DNA of 63,883 nucleotides, filler included, from Phoronis australis (Eukaryota; Animalia; Phoronida): NCBI GenBank assembly GCA_002633005.1. It is 8 parts of 8 records of this genome, joined end to end, with 100 filler letters (N's around TTAATTAATTAA, not from the genome) between each part and the next. Parts side by side here need not be neighbours in the genome. Positions count along the whole stretch, not along the records: positions 35,556 to 39,939 come from NMRA01002607.1; positions 40,040 to 45,749 come from NMRA01002287.1; positions 45,850 to 53,402 come from NMRA01002009.1; 5 more parts are not named here. One strand, written 5' to 3'. Below are positions 38,325 to 53,026 of the stretch, piece by piece. The translations under genes and the position numbers were made by a program. A model generated the notes under the pieces. It had not been told where the DNA came from. It did no database searches and was given only the letters and a program-made list of their open reading frames with translations. Numbering within the stretch: position 1 is the stretch's first letter; each line of letters starts with the position of its first letter.

Positions 38325-41300
38325 CTGTCAAGCAAAACAATTTTAAGATGGGTGGAAAATTTTAAAAACTTAGGCGCAAAACTACATGCTTGTGAGCTCT
38401 AACCCAGACAGTCTCTTGACCCNAAGTCTTTAAGGATTAGTCTAGCCAATGCCATGGCGATAATTGGGAGGGACAGTTTTAATAGACAGTTTGGACGGCA
38501 CAGCGAAGACAGAAAAAGACTTCTTGTTTCAGGACAACCTCGATGAAAACATTGACAATTTTAACATTTCTTATAAGCAAATTTCATTGAAATCTATAAT
38601 TTATTGTTTTATTTCGACATAAGCCGAGATCGCAAACTATTACCATCTATTTTTACCATAAATGTGACACTGACAATTAGCAAATGCTGGCTGCCATGTT
38701 TTACAGTGGGGGGGGGGGTTACATTGTGTTAACCCTAGCAAATGAACTCTGGTGACACGTATTCACATAATACGCAGACAAACTTCAAAACAAACATCAC
38801 GTGACAACAACATGTGCTCATCCAGAGATTTTTCTCATGTTGCGGAGTACAATCTTGCGCAGATTTGGACTTAACATGCTTTAATTTGTTGAATTGAAAC
38901 TATACTTTTACTCAAGAATTCAAGTTGACCTATTGGCGATCGCGAGGCAGCGAGGCATCAGTCAGTCGGTGAGTTTTCTCACTGGGATTTTCTGAAAAAT
39001 GCTCGTAATTTAACAACAAAGTTTGATAGCAATGCACTGCAATGTTGTAGAAACTCTGTCATACGTTACAGATGAGTCACAGAGCATAAATTTGATGAAT
39101 TCTAGCTTACGATTTCACCCGTTTCGGAGACCGGGTTTTGACCACTTTTGGGCTATAATAAGCACCCCTCTTCCTGAACTGAATTTTTTTAAGCGTCCTG
39201 GGCGCTTATTAGTGTGAAAACAGTAACTTAAAATGTTTTGTTTTCACACTGGAAGATAGCATGGGTGATTTGAATCAGAATATGAATGCCAAAAGTCGAT
39301 GCTGTCAATTAAACCATGCTCCACACATTTTAAGAAGATACTGAAGTCCTGTTACTAATATTTTTAAAGCATCACCATTATTACTTGCATGGGCATGCCT
39401 CAGAACCATCAACGGCATGGTTCAGAGAATAATTTTGTACAAGCTTATATGGCAGTGATTAGCACTGTTTTAAATTCTATTTCACATTTGATATTTTGAC
39501 ATTCACATTTACTTTTTAGGTTTGAATTAGTATTCCATTTAATGCATCAACACAGGTTTTCCTGATACTCTGGAGTTCCGAATAGTTGTAGAGACAGCAA
39601 CAATAGTATAGACTGGAAAACTTTTAGTAATAGTAGAGACTCTATTAATAGTATAGACCCAACATTTTTGCCACTAGAAAAGTAGAATAATAGTATAGAC
39701 TGGAAATTGTCTGAAAAATTAATAATAGTATAGAATGGAATAATGGTATAGGAATAATAATATTGATTACAAATTTATGTAAAATCTAATAATGATATAA
39801 AAGGGAATAATAATGCAAAACAGCAAATTCTAAGGGATGGTACAGACGGGAAATCTGGGCGTTTAGTAGTATAGGAGAGTTCACTTGTGAGTTCGCTGTT
39901 ACCGCTACTACTAGCGCCGCCAAGTGGTGAACAAGCTACNNNNNNNNNNNNNNNNNNNNNNNNNNNNNNNNNNNNNNNNNNNNTTAATTAATTAANNNNN
40001 NNNNNNNNNNNNNNNNNNNNNNNNNNNNNNNNNNNNNNNCACACGATGGTCCCTAGGCAATTACATCGCACTGGATGCCGCAGGCATTCAGGGGTGATAG
40101 TACATCCTCACAAAACGTTACTCATTTCAAAATACAGCAAATAAAATCAATAAATATAGGAGCACGGAGTTATAATTAACACAAACCACGACTGTGGATA
40201 CAATTTAGTCAGCAAAACTTGAACAAATCGATGAAAATCTGTCGCGGTTTGCTCGAGCTTCTCTCAGTTACCGGGTGCCATTTTGAGGATGTTACGTGAA
40301 ATTACGCATGTTGACGAAAAAAGTCCAAGGAAACACATCTTACAAGTTTCACCCGATACCTTCTCATGCTATTTTACAAGTGTCACACGCTAGCGTCACG
40401 CGCTTTGCTCAGTCTCGCGCTAACCTTTTCCTAACTCTCGTGATTCAGTTGACATGCTTTGTGGTTATCGCGCACGCGGTGATAAAATTAATGGCAACCA
40501 AAAAAGTTGAGTTGTAATTCTTCGCCAAAGTCAACTTAATTCTCACAACTAAGCTTCATCAAATATATGTATTGAAGTAGAAAGAACCAATGATGAAAGT
40601 AAGCGTTTTTTTAAATGATAGTTTTAAGTGTAGAATGTATTTTTGACGAGGTGAAAACTCGAAATCGGTAACCCAAATCCGGTCACGGCCCGTTGAAAAA
40701 TACACTGAAGTAACGAAATGAATACAGAAAGTGAATGGAAATATTGTATCCCCTATATGGCCAACCGTGGGGCTACGTGTTGCCTACTAGATGGCCCCAC
40801 GTTGGTTTGAATGCGCTAAATCTCCCCTTACTCCCAGCTCTCCTANCAACAAATGTATCCGCCGTAAGTTTTCTTCGCGCTCATACCGCGTATTATGCTT
40901 GTTACTATGGCCGCTTTCTGAATACTGACCACAGAACCCACAATGCACCATTTTAACCTAATTTCAATATGGCGTCGCTGCAAATCCGCTGGCGTTGTAT
41001 CACCCACTTGTGTATCATCGGTGTCAATTTTGAAAGATAAAAGCAGGAATCCATTGAAAATTCATACTCCCCGGGTCTCATATCGGATATTGTAATTTTT
41101 GCTGGGTGGTCTTTTCCTGGGTACAGTTGCTGTGTAATTCGCTAAAAAGTATCCTCAATTTTTAGGGTTGTAGATGGTTAATATAGTATTATTTTGTTTC
41201 ACAGAATTGGATGGGATATTCGTTTTTAACATTAAGTAGTAGGCCAAAACTAGGTTTGGCATTTTTTGAATTTCCTGTAGGTTTTAAGATGACGTTATGC

Positions 41301-43982
41301 AAGTCCCAGATATTCTGGTTATATTGTAGAGAAACCTGTATCACCCTGGGGACATCTACAATTATTGTAGCACGTTGTTTATGCTTTCCTAACATACACT
41401 GTAGCTCAGGTTTGTCAAGTGAGCATGTGTTGTCTTTAGTTCACCTGGGATGCCGCATTATTCATGCATGGTTCTCACTTGTGCCGTTAAATGTCTTTGT
41501 AGTGCAACGCCGTTGAAAAATGTTACAAGTGAATTTGGAACTACGCTTGGTTATTGTGTTTCTGCTTTGTCATGTCTTCGTCTTCACTCATAATTTCAAC
41601 GTGTCATTCAGGTTTGACAACGTGATGCGTGATTGCGGCTTGTTCGATGTGGACGCCTACATACATCTATCTTACCGGCACATACACGTACATGTAACTC
41701 TAACATCGCTTAGGCACAGCAGGCCTATATTCGTTTATATCGAAAATTTCTGGTTTTAAATGCAACTAAAACAAAATTCATGCTTCTTCATAAACCCCCA
41801 AAATGTATTCATGATCTTCATTTAAAGTTTAATAACTTGAAATTGAAAGAGTTCGTTTAATTGAAAATTTGTCACCCCAAAAATAAATTTTAGAGAAACC
41901 GGGGCAAACACCGAAACCGACGTGAAATACTGTACTCCCTGTATAAGTAGCTCTCCTTGTTATGTCCTGATATCTGTTCAAGAATGTTGTGCTGTTTCGA
42001 TATTACGTTTCCGGCCTTCAAACAACAAAATTGCGCTTCACGTGACTTATTGTCTGTCAACATATATTAAGACGTGTTAAAGGAATTCATAACGTTGCTA
42101 TTGGCCCGGGTGAATAGTTTGTCGTCTGCCCACATTTTCTTGGTGGATTAAAAAAAAACGGAAAACGGTTGTGCCGGTGGTCTCAATCGGACGCTTGAAA
42201 TCGGGTCTGTGGCCCCAACCCCCCACCCCCAACGCACACGCAACCTCAAACTAAATCTGCTCACATGCATTCTTAAATCATGTTTTACCCCCATGTTAAT
42301 TACCGTGGCCCCCCTTAATACGCCTTTGTGTAAAATTCCATGTGTCTGGCGTTGGTATGGATTTTGACGTCACAGCGGCTCATCCGTACCTACATGTGCT
42401 CCTCGAGAGAATCCCCCAGAATATAACAGTAATGTCAAATTGTAGTACAACCCGAGGTTATGCAGCCTTAAGATATCAAAGTTATTTCAAAGCTATATGA
42501 TGGTGAATTAGGTCACAAGTTCGTTCTTTGTCAACATGGGGTTTCATCCAAATCGAATTTGGCAATGCCCGGCGAACGACGAAAACGCAATACACTTCAA
42601 CTGCAAATCAAACATATTTTGTAAAATTTGCATGCCTCAGGTTTCAAAAGTGATTGTTAAAAGTTTGCCCAAGCTTTCAGCAACTCTCTGTAAAACAGCG
42701 GCTTGTAATTTGAGAAAAAACCAACAATTTAATACAATCAATGCTCATAGCAAATACATGGCAGATGTCAACCGTGACGACCCAAGCCTCTGGTGATGCT
42801 GGTAGTGAAATTAAATCTGACAATCACTCATTCTTTTAAGTTACTTCATCTTAGCTGTTTAAAACCTTATTTGTCAAGGACATTAGAGTTTCAGTGTAAA
42901 TTGCCTAAATAATAGTAAAAATAACACACATGTAAATGATGCAATTCTGACTTACCTTTCTTGAATCCGTGAGGACATAGTGGTGGGTAATTCCAAAGGT
43001 ACGGCTGGAAAAAATGAGATTGAATCACTTTCGACAAATAGTGATGGCTTTCCGCTAGCGAGACTTCTTCAAGCTTGAGAATGGCGAAATGGCCTAAGAC
43101 TTTAAAATCTAGCGTTGGCCAGAGATAGGTGCTAGCTCGATTATCGAGTAAGTCCACATCTTAACGACACTATTTAAAGGATGGGTTAAGGATATCTCAG
43201 ACTTTATTCACAAAATTGGCTATTTTTTAATTTTTGCATATGCGAAACTCCTTACCTTCATTAACAGAGAACTTCAAATACGACATATATATTCTGCAGC
43301 AAGAAAAAAGAAAGATTTAGCAGAACCACATCGGAATTGCACAATGGCGTGGAAATTTGTTTACTACTTATCCGAGGTTAAAGGTTACGGGGCTGTCACT
43401 CAAATCGAATCTACCTCCAGGCACAGAGCAGTTCCGTAGGTGCGTTCAGTCCTTTTATTCGCCGAGTAGCCATAATATTGCATCAAAAAGTGTTCATATG
43501 ATAGAAAGATGCCTGGTAAAACGAAAGCAAGCTTTGACCCTGCATGCATACGGCTGTGGGGAACGATTGGGTCGCTTCACGTCTCTGTGACTTAAGTGTT
43601 CACGAACCCAGAAAATCATGACAGAAAATAAATCCTCACCCATATTCCTTAATTCGGGTAATTTGAAATTTCGCTGCTTCGATCTCATGCTCACGACGTG
43701 CTTTAACCACTGACCCAATTCCAGTACCCATTTAATCCTTAGGTTTCAGATCAGTTTCCCCGCGCGTGGCGTGTCTAACAATGAACTATTGACCTACTTT
43801 AAAATGGACCACATTGCACCAGCTTGGCCCACAAAGTGTCTGTGAACACGTACCACCGTACTGCATGCGAAAAGATTCGAGGCTTGAGGCTCGACTGTGG
43901 CTCAAGTATCATCGTCAGCTTAACAGCACGCTACAAAGTTGAAGTCAGTGCAGTCACCATGTCCGCAAAAAACAACACTCTA

Positions 43983-45438
43983 TAGACCTAATTCACGCCG
44001 ACAGGAGGAGCGTTCCAAAACGAGGCCCGCTACAATAGCTCCGTTGGCTTATCGGCATACTGGTTGTATTTCGCGTTGCTCGAATCCCTAAGGAAGTTGA
44101 GGTTCGGAAGCGTACGTTCGGTCCTTGCCATACGCCGCGACGAAGGAAAATATGGCAGTGTAAAATTTTGTTTTCGAAACGTTAGAACATATTTTGTCGC
44201 ATCTCATTTGCCGAGCATCATAGCAACGACCGGAGAATCTTCGGGTAGCCATGCTGTGCTCATGACTACGGGTTGAAACATGATGCATTTTTCTTCCCAA
44301 GAAAGGACAGGGCCCTCAATTCCTCAATTTTGGGACCGGATATTGGCCCTAGGCCTCTCAAAAATATTGAAAAGTCCCCCGAAATTCCCTCCGCAAGGCC
44401 TAAAAACCTCCCCTAGTGATTAAAAACTTCTCCTCGAAGTTCAAATCACCTGTAACCACACAGGTGACAATTTGAAAGAGCACAAAATGTTACTTGAGAC
44501 AGAGCCTGTGAGAGCATGAACGAGACCCCTGAAGAAGCAGGATAACTTTTCTTACTCTGTCCAGTTAACTGAAATTGAGCTCTAAAACAAGGTTATGCTT
44601 TGGACGAATGAATTAGGTGTTTTAATTTTAAAATTCACTGGTCCGGATAGTTGAAACTTAACATATAAAATAGACGTCAGAATTATTAAAACCAGGATAG
44701 CAGAATTGATCGGTCAAATAATTACTTGTAAATGTGAGCAAGGGAGCAAATGAGAACCTGCATATAATGCGAAAACGATTGCTCGGGCTGTGCTCGTTTT
44801 TAATTTTTTTAAATTTAAAAATGGTCAAATAAATTTTATTTACAAACCTGGTTTTTTATTTTAATAAAAATATATTTCATAACATCAGTTATTCTTTCAG
44901 ATGAATGACAAACCAACTGTTAGTCCTGGTAGTCTCTACCTCACCAGGACCTAGGCTATGCTTGATGTTAATATTCTTGATCAACAAATTAAACCAGATG
45001 TGACTAATTGCACATGAAAGGAAATGCTATAAGCCACCACTGTCGAATATATCTTCAACTCGTCAACAATACAAGCAGATGACTTGTAGAAAGCATTTTT
45101 ATCAACAATTTACAAGAAGAAACGTAACCCTGTATTCAGCATACCTAATCTCTAACACAACGATCGCCGTAGTTTGGTCATATCTACTTTTCATGTTTCG
45201 AACCTAGTTTTCCGAAAAAAATTATACCCTTTCGTCATACAATTTTTTGATGCATTGACTTGTTCTCTAATGTACTTTTCTACGTATCTGAGATTAATTA
45301 TCGACACATTTTAAAGATTTAATATCCAGGTTGGACTCGAAAGACTGGCCATTTAACTCACACAAGGTCAACTTCAGCTTGGTTTATCGCAGTGAGCCTC
45401 GCTTTGGATTTTAATGTCCGCCGCATGAATTAGTGCTA
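43983..45438. mobile_element. Possible old non-autonomous DNA transposon bounded by diverged ~55-bp TIRs
   Basis: Left TAGACCTAATTCACGCCGACAGGAGGAGCGTTCCAAAACGAGGCCCGCTAC; inverted diverged copy ends at 45438; a closer inverted copy of the same terminus lies at 56583-56639. Confidence 0.5.
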
Positions 45439-46035
45439 TACAGTTTCTGTTTCTATTTCTATTGTGACGTCAGAGGGTAGGCACCGGGATAGTCTCTGGC
45501 CTTCCTCTTCCAGTATCGCACGCAATGTAAATTTGAAGATGCAACCAAGTTCGTGCTGGTTACATGCTCTTCGATCTTTTACTCTGATACGAGTTTTTGC
45601 TGCATCTCCATTTTGTCATCCTCGCTCTATGAGGGGCTTTGTTGCCCATCTCTCCTGCTGTTGTACAATCTCAGCATCTGTAAGCGATTCACGCACTCTG
45701 GAGATTACATCTGCTGGTGCAAGGAGCAGGTCGGCAATTGGTTCTCCGANNNNNNNNNNNNNNNNNNNNNNNNNNNNNNNNNNNNNNNNNNNNTTAATTA
45801 ATTAANNNNNNNNNNNNNNNNNNNNNNNNNNNNNNNNNNNNNNNNNNNNCTGACTCTATTTTTTAAAGTATCGTAGTCCTTTGGAACAGATTTAACTTCC
45901 TTCCTCTTTGATTACTAATTTCCTGGATGAATAAGGACTTACTTTTCAAGTCGAGTTTTTATCCAAACAGGCTCATACTCATCACAACAAGCTGACAACA
46001 ACATTGACTGTCCCTGTCACTATCCACCCACTTAC

Positions 46036-49000
46036 TGTTTCTCCATGCTGGCAATCTCCTGATTGTCCTCCTTAACTTGCTTCAATAGTTTCTCCCGCTC
46101 TTCCTGCGGAGTCCCCCGCGATTGGGTCTCCTCGATCAGACCATCGCGTTTCATCTCTAACTCATTGATCTGTTGATACAGTTTGACAGCCTCCTGCTTC
46201 ACCTGAGACATGGACAGCTCCTAGCAGGAAGAGAGCAGACAACTTGAAGCTACATTTCACCATTTATGTAAAACATGAAAATCACAAGGCCTTTTACCAT
46301 CACAAAATCGGTCTCATAACATTCCTTATCGTGATAGGATTCTATTTGCCAACAAGAACATCCAAACCATCAGCGACTCACTAATACGTTTCAAAGTTTA
46401 TTGAGGTTGGCCAAGCATAAAATTGCAGATTTGAAAATTGCGCACGCATGCATTGCTGTGATTTGTGTTGCTAGCTCGTTTGGCAATAACTGATAATCGG
46501 ATGATGTGTAAAAGTTTTTAAACCCCAAAGTACTTTGGTTAAGAGTTCAACAGTAATAGTTACATGGGCAAAATGCGGCTGTAAGAAAATTCGAATAAAC
46601 TTTATAATGATTTCTGGTCGAGTAAAATTGTCTTCTTGTTTACTCTTGTTGGAAATTACTATTCTGCCATACTGTGTTCTAATCTAATGCAAGTTTATCA
46701 TAAACTTGTCCAGTAATTATGTATTAATCTTTCTATGATAAACCATTTGTTTCTAACATCGAAACATGTGGTGAGGCATACAACTGTATCGTGCACACAT
46801 CACCACTCAGTTAAGATTGCTCAAGGGTTCAACGTCACACTTCCAAAAAGTGCCCAATATATAGTGGAATTAGCCCCTTTAAGGTTTTGATGACAAGTNA
46901 GTAAGAATGCGTAATGCGTATCCCAGGCTCAAAGCTATTTTGGGACACCAATATATTTCAAGGAGTCGTGTTCAATTTTGATTTCAAATTCAAATTCTGA
47001 CATACCTCTTCCAAATTCTGTGTCTTCAGATTGAGTGCGTCCACCTCCTGCTGTGCCAACTCAAGCGTATGTAACAGCTGGTCATTCGTTGATTTCAATT
47101 TCTGGTATCTCTCTCGCATCTCGGGGGTCTGAACAGGAAATGTCATTATTCAAGTATCATTCAGGTGCAGAGGAGTCACAAATGGAACTCCATCATTAAG
47201 TCTTCATCAAATTACTAGAAATTAAAGGGTAAGCAACTTTCAATACAAGCGAATGGCATGACGGATCCAACAATATTCCTTATGGCCTAACAGCTACAGT
47301 ACACTTAGGCACTTGCCAATTTTTCACAGCCAAGTTATCAAGCTGCTATTGGTGACTATGGTTACCAGGCGGTACAACGGGTCCATGTCACCCTGCGACT
47401 GACTTTAAAACATATTCGAAATACTGAATCAGATGCAACTTGGTTTATTGATATTCCTCACATTTTTTAGAAATCTTGCACGTGAATCAGATTATCACAA
47501 ATTGATTCATCAATGAATATGTTAAGGAGCCTTCAACTCCTCTAAGCTCCGTCTCAGGAGTGGACAGATGCAAATGAGAGAATGAAAATCTGGACGTAAT
47601 CCGAAAAGCGATTTCCGGTTGCACTATTATTTCTCTAAAATTTCAATAAAACTGGCAAGTCAGAACAAAATGTGACCACTAACAACAAAAATTGGCAATC
47701 CTGTCCTAAAAACAAATACAAAAAAGAAATTGGCATAATCGTTGATAGTTATATTCTAGTTTGAAAACTGTTATTCACACTTGACTGTACTCACCATGTT
47801 TGCTACCAGCGTTCCCGCTAGCTGCTTCTGTTGATCAAGTTCAATTTCCAACTCACGAATTTGAGCTTCTTGTCTGTAAAACAAACATAGAAATAACTGA
47901 AGACTTCTATTCCTAATTATTAATGGCTTCTAACTACAGTAAGATGGAGCGGTTGTGCCTACAATAAGAGCACCGCTTCATAAAGTGTTGAGGGCTGATG
48001 ATTGTCTGCTATAAAAATGACAAAGGAATAGACTGCTAATAGTCGGATATTTTCTGGCTAGTGAATACATTATTACTACGGAACTTCGCATTGACAAAAT
48101 GTGAGGATAATTTATACAAAAATATCAACAACTGTTACGTAATACACAGTTTCCTAGTATGCATTTCCCTCATTTTACAGTCAAACATTCACAAGATCCA
48201 CGGTCCTCCACTGAACACAGGAATGAACTTCTGGATAACATTGAAGGATACAACTCAATCCTTCAAGGCATTTTTCATAATGCTGAGTTTACAGTAACCA
48301 TGACCTAATTCTTATAGCCTCGTGACCATGAAATAGCATTATTCAGATCAAGATGTGGTCTTTTCTTAAACTGACAAATTTACTGAGGCTTAATGACATT
48401 TCCTCTAATTACGACTGTGGTCACCCCCAGTTTTTGAAGTATAAATGTTAAAACAAAAAACTTTGAGTGACAAGGTATGAAATGCATGCTGTGATAAATG
48501 TTACATTTTACAACTAAATGAAAAACGCAACTGTCACCAAAAATATTAGAAATCAAATTATGTCAAGGATTGAAAACACTTACTCTTGTTTTTGTCCAAA
48601 TAAGTTATCAATATTCTTGGCCTCTCGATCGTTTTGAGCACTGAGCTGTAATGGAACACAGAGAAGACATGAAACAAGACAACATATATCCAAACACACA
48701 CACACAATACCAACACGTTAAATTATGTTAAAATTTCATCAACTAAACATGCAATATAGCCACTACTTTAATTTGTTTGTTTGTCATGTCTATTGGCAAT
48801 ATTAGGTCATATGGACCGAAGAAGAGCACTATTGCTGGAGTATAAAAGCAGTGTTACTCTCCTGAGGTCCATATGATCTGATGTGCTCGAGGGATTGGTT
48901 TATATTTGTTTTATTACTCAACAACTGATGCTTTTTTCCACGGATTTCTTTCATCGTCGTGGTTACAGTTTATGATTTCTATTGTGTGATTGGTCAGGCC

Positions 49001-50697
49001 ATGTATACTGACACCTAGGAGATATGAATGAAAAGTGCTGTCCATGGTTAGATTGATCAATAATGCGCTATACCAGAAGTTATCTCAGCACATTTCATCC
49101 AATCAGAGGACAGACGCATCAGTAATAATAACAACCATTACTTACTTCTTCGTAATCTCTCTGTATATCAGAGATATCATCTTCTGTGTTGAGTTTGTCC
49201 ACTAGCTAAAATACAAAATAAATCTACATGAGATAATTGTGACAGAAACGAGAGATCAATTACAAACTGTGACAGTAACGAGAGATCAATTACAAACTGA
49301 ACTTTAAGCTCAGGATGATGCAATTGTTGGACCAAATATCACTATAAGCTTCATTACTTCTGAAAATATTTTAAAATTATGCAAAATTCTCACCACAATC
49401 CCATAAAAATCAAAATGCTCTTGAGTGATCAATATTCCCTCCAGGATAGAATCAATTTCAACTCACTCCAGCACCCAGCAAAAAGAAAAGTCTATTTCTG
49501 CAAACTTCGCATAGTCAAAAAGGGGTACAATTCCCCTCATAAAAGAAAAATCCCCCTTTCAGAAGGTGCAAGCCCTGGATGGATCTTACAGTTTGAACTT
49601 TTTTCAAAGAGAAATTTCATTAAACTTAGTTTACAAACTGTCTCTGCATAGAGAACCGCATGACCAAGTTGTTGACAGTTCAAAGAGAAGCTTACTGTGT
49701 TATAGTCACCCAATTCTCCTTGAAAATTCTTGATTTCAGTAGCAAGTTGCTCAGCTCTGAAAAATAAGTACCATGTTCAAAGCAGCAATATGAAAGAAGC
49801 GAGGAAATTTTCAGTGATAGGTCTCAATAATTAGTCAATTAGTTATGAGTATAAACTTTATCATTCTGCTAAAGTTATAAAATTGCTTGACTGGAGTTTG
49901 GTGAATAAGACAGCAAAAATTCAAATGAAACCATTGCATCAAAACCAATCATGACCTTTGATCCAAGTACAAAGAATTCCCGAACCTGCATGTTCTTAAT
50001 ATATTCTCTTAAAATAATCACTGAAAAACATAATCAGGGTTCCCATAAAAATCTAGGCCAAGATCATTGTCAGATAAAGCAAGGACTTGCGACTTTGAGG
50101 ATTTCTGTGCAAAGATCATGACTCATATTGATGTATAACGTCAAAAAAGTTGGTTTGATTTGAATTTTAGCCCTTATTCCCCCAACCTCTGACCAGCGAC
50201 TTAAAGATATTCCCCTAACTACATTTGCAAAGTTATTTAAATTGCTCAAGTAAAGTGGTAATATTTTGTCTCTAGAAACTACACAATTATTTCTTTATTC
50301 ACAACAAATAGACACAAAAATGCAATTGGACTTAGTCACACACATTCCTTGTTTTTGAATGAGTTGAATTACGTGTATGTCATCTTCTAAAATTCTGATG
50401 CAAGGTCAACTACTACTTTTTCTTTGCAAAAAACATACAACAATAAACCAGCTTCACAAGGCAACAAAAAAATAAACCTGATTAATTAAACAAAGAGTGA
50501 TGACATGAAGACCTCACTCTTAGAATTACCCATAGACAATTCTGACACAGGCAAAACTGAAAAAAATCCGAGAACGGTTCACTTAAGAAGAGACAAAATT
50601 TCTCACCTTTTTTCATATGTTAAGAAGCTGTGATTTTCTTCATTAGTCTGATCGAGCTCTTTTCGCATGCGGATGTTTTCAGCATTCAGCTCTGTAA
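46036..50697 (-). CDS. IFT74: Intraflagellar transport protein 74 (IFT74), seven internal coiled-coil exons; partial
   Basis: Exons 50697-50607 (cut by an N; [30 protein letters not shown]), 49756-49696 ([20 protein letters not shown]), 49205-49146 ([20 protein letters not shown]), 48645-48584 ([21 protein letters not shown]), 47873-47795, 47128-47006, 46220-46036 ([11 protein letters not shown]...[23 protein letters not shown]); phases compatible, GT-AG. Confidence 0.92.
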
Positions 50698-50698
50698 N

Positions 50699-52480
50699 CA
50701 CACACAGACAGACACACACACAGACACACACACAACAAGTTAAATTACGTTAAAATCTCATCAAATAAACATGCAATACAGCCACTACTTTAATTTGTTT
50801 GTCATGTCTAATGGCAATATTAGGTCATATGGACCGAAGAAGAGCACTATTGCTGGAGGATAAAAGCAGTGTTACTCTCCTGAGGTCCATATGATCTGAT
50901 GTGCTTGAGGGATTGGTTTATATTCGTTTTATTACTCAACAACTGATGCTTTTTTCCACGGACTTCTTTCATCGTCGTGGTTACAGTTTATGATTTCTAT
51001 TGTGTGATTGGTCAGGCCACGTATAGGAGATATGAATGAAAAGTGCTTCCGTGGTCAGGTTGATCACTAATGCGCTGTACCAGAAGTTATCTCAGCACAT
51101 TTCATCCAATCAGAGGACAGACGCATCAGTAATAATAACAACCATTACTTACTTCTTCGTAATCTCTCTGTATATCAGAGATATCATCTTCTGTGTTGAG
51201 TTTGTCCACTAGCTAAAATACAAAATAAATCTACATGAGATAATTGTGACAGTAACGAGAGATCAATTACAAACTGTGACAGTAAAGAGAGATCAATTAC
51301 AAACTGAACTTTAAGCTCAGGATGATGCAATTGTTGGATCAAATATCACTATAAGCTTCATTACTTCTGAAAATATTTTAAAATTATGCAAAATTCTCAC
51401 CACAATCCCATAAAAATCAAAATGCTCTTGAGTGATCAATATTCCTTCCAGGAAAGAATCAATTTCAACTCACTCCACCACCCAGCAAAAAGAAGAGTCT
51501 ATTTCTGCAAACTTCGCATAGTCAAAAAGGGGTACAATTCCCCTCATAAAAGAAAAATCCCCCTTTGAGAAGGTGCAAGCCCTGGATGGATCTTACAGCT
51601 TGAACTTTTTCAAAGAGAAATTTCATTAAACTTTACAGACTGTCTCTGCATAGAGAACCGCATGACTAAGTTGTTGACAGTTCAAAGAGAAGCTTACTGT
51701 GTTATAGTCACCCAATTCTCCTTGAAAATTCTTGATTTCAGTAGCAAGTTGCTCAGCTCTGAAAAATAAATACCACGTTCAAAGCAGCAATATGAAAGAA
51801 GCGAGGAAATTTTCAGTGATAGTTCTCAATAATTAGTCAATTAGTTATGAGTATAAACTTTATCATTCTGCTAACGTTATAAAATTGCTTGACTAGAGTT
51901 TGGTGAATAAGACAGCAAAAATTCAAATGAAACCCTTGCATCAAAACCAATCATGACCTTTGATCTGAGTACAAAGAATTCCCAAACCTGCATGTTCTTA
52001 ATACATTCTCTTAAAATAATCACGGAAAAACATAATCGGGTTCCCATAAAAATCTAGGCCAAGATTATTGTTAGATAATGCAAGGACTTGTGACTTCGAG
52101 GATTTTTGTGCAAAGATCATGACTCATATTGATGTATAACGTCAAAAAAGTTGGTTTGATTTGAATTTTAGCCCCCTTATTCCCCGACCTCTGTCCAGCG
52201 ACTTAAAGATATTCCCCTAACTACATTTGCAAACTTATTTAAATTGCTCTAGTAAAGTGGTTATATTTTGTCTCTAGAAACTATACAATTATTTCTTTAT
52301 TCACAACAAATGACACAAAAATGCAATTGGACTTAGTCACACACATTGGTTGTTTTTGAATGATTTGAATTACGAGTATGTTATCTTCTAAAATTCTGAT
52401 GCAAGGTCAACTACTACTTTTTCTTTGCAAAAAACATACAGCAATAAACCAGCTTCACAAGACAACAAAAAATAAACCTG
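50699..52480. repeat. Near-identical second copy of ~48690-50480 including IFT74 exons 51758-51698 and 51212-51153 (probable uncollapsed haplotype)
   Basis: Colinear ~1.8-kb direct repeat with scattered SNPs and small indels; junction marked by a single N at 50698 that cuts an exon. Confidence 0.9.
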
Positions 52481-53026
52481 GGCCCGGTCTCCAATCTTTT
52501 TACTCGAAATGGAACTCGAAATTAGGTTTGGCATTTTCTACTCTACTTTTAGGCGAACTCAAGATAAGTGTCTATTATTCTATGCTCGAGTACACAATAA
52601 CTTTACGTAGATAATTTATTGCCCTTAGTTCACAGTTTGTAAACCCAATATTAAAGCAATAAGTTCGAGTTTGAACTCGAAACTTCGAGTTTTTACTAGA
52701 GTTTGTTGCACGAATATAAGGGTCTTCAAGGGCAAACTTGAACTAGAAACTCCTATGCATAAGCTATAATGTATAACAGTTTGTAAACCCAATATTAAAG
52801 CAATAAGTTCGAGTTTGAACTCGAAACTTCGAGTTTTTACTCGAGTTTGTAGCACGAATATAGGAGTCTTCAAGAGCAAACTTGAACTAGAAACTCCTAT
52901 GCATAAACTATATTGTATTCGAGCACAGTCTGATAACCATTTATCTTAAGTTCGCACAAAAGGAGCAAAAAATTGCCAAAAATAGTTTCGAGTTCGTTTC
53001 GAGTACAAAGATTAGAGACCGGGCCC
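52480..53026. mobile_element. ~550-bp MITE, PIF/Harbinger-like, with internal 144-bp tandem duplication
   Basis: TIR GGGCCCGGTCTCCAATCTTTTTACTCGAAATGGAACTCGAAA ... TTTCGAGTTCGTTTCGAGTACAAAGATTAGAGACCGGGCCC; CTG/CAG at the ends; direct repeat units start at 52632 and 52776. Confidence 0.85.

Noticed and set aside
42760-43640. Several minus-strand donor/acceptor pairs forming tiny candidate exons
   Set aside because: The joined peptide resembles nothing I know and the upstream phase is incompatible; unsupported without transcripts.
45440-45749. GC-richer minus-strand frame (..QQQERWATKPL..*) resembling a non-LTR retrotransposon tail
   Set aside because: Contains a stop, is cut by a spacer and the similarity is too weak to call.
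49379-51568. Twin ORFs [10 protein letters not shown]... (49379 and 51386)
   Set aside because: Antisense intronic sequence of IFT74 repeated by the duplication; one copy has an earlier stop.
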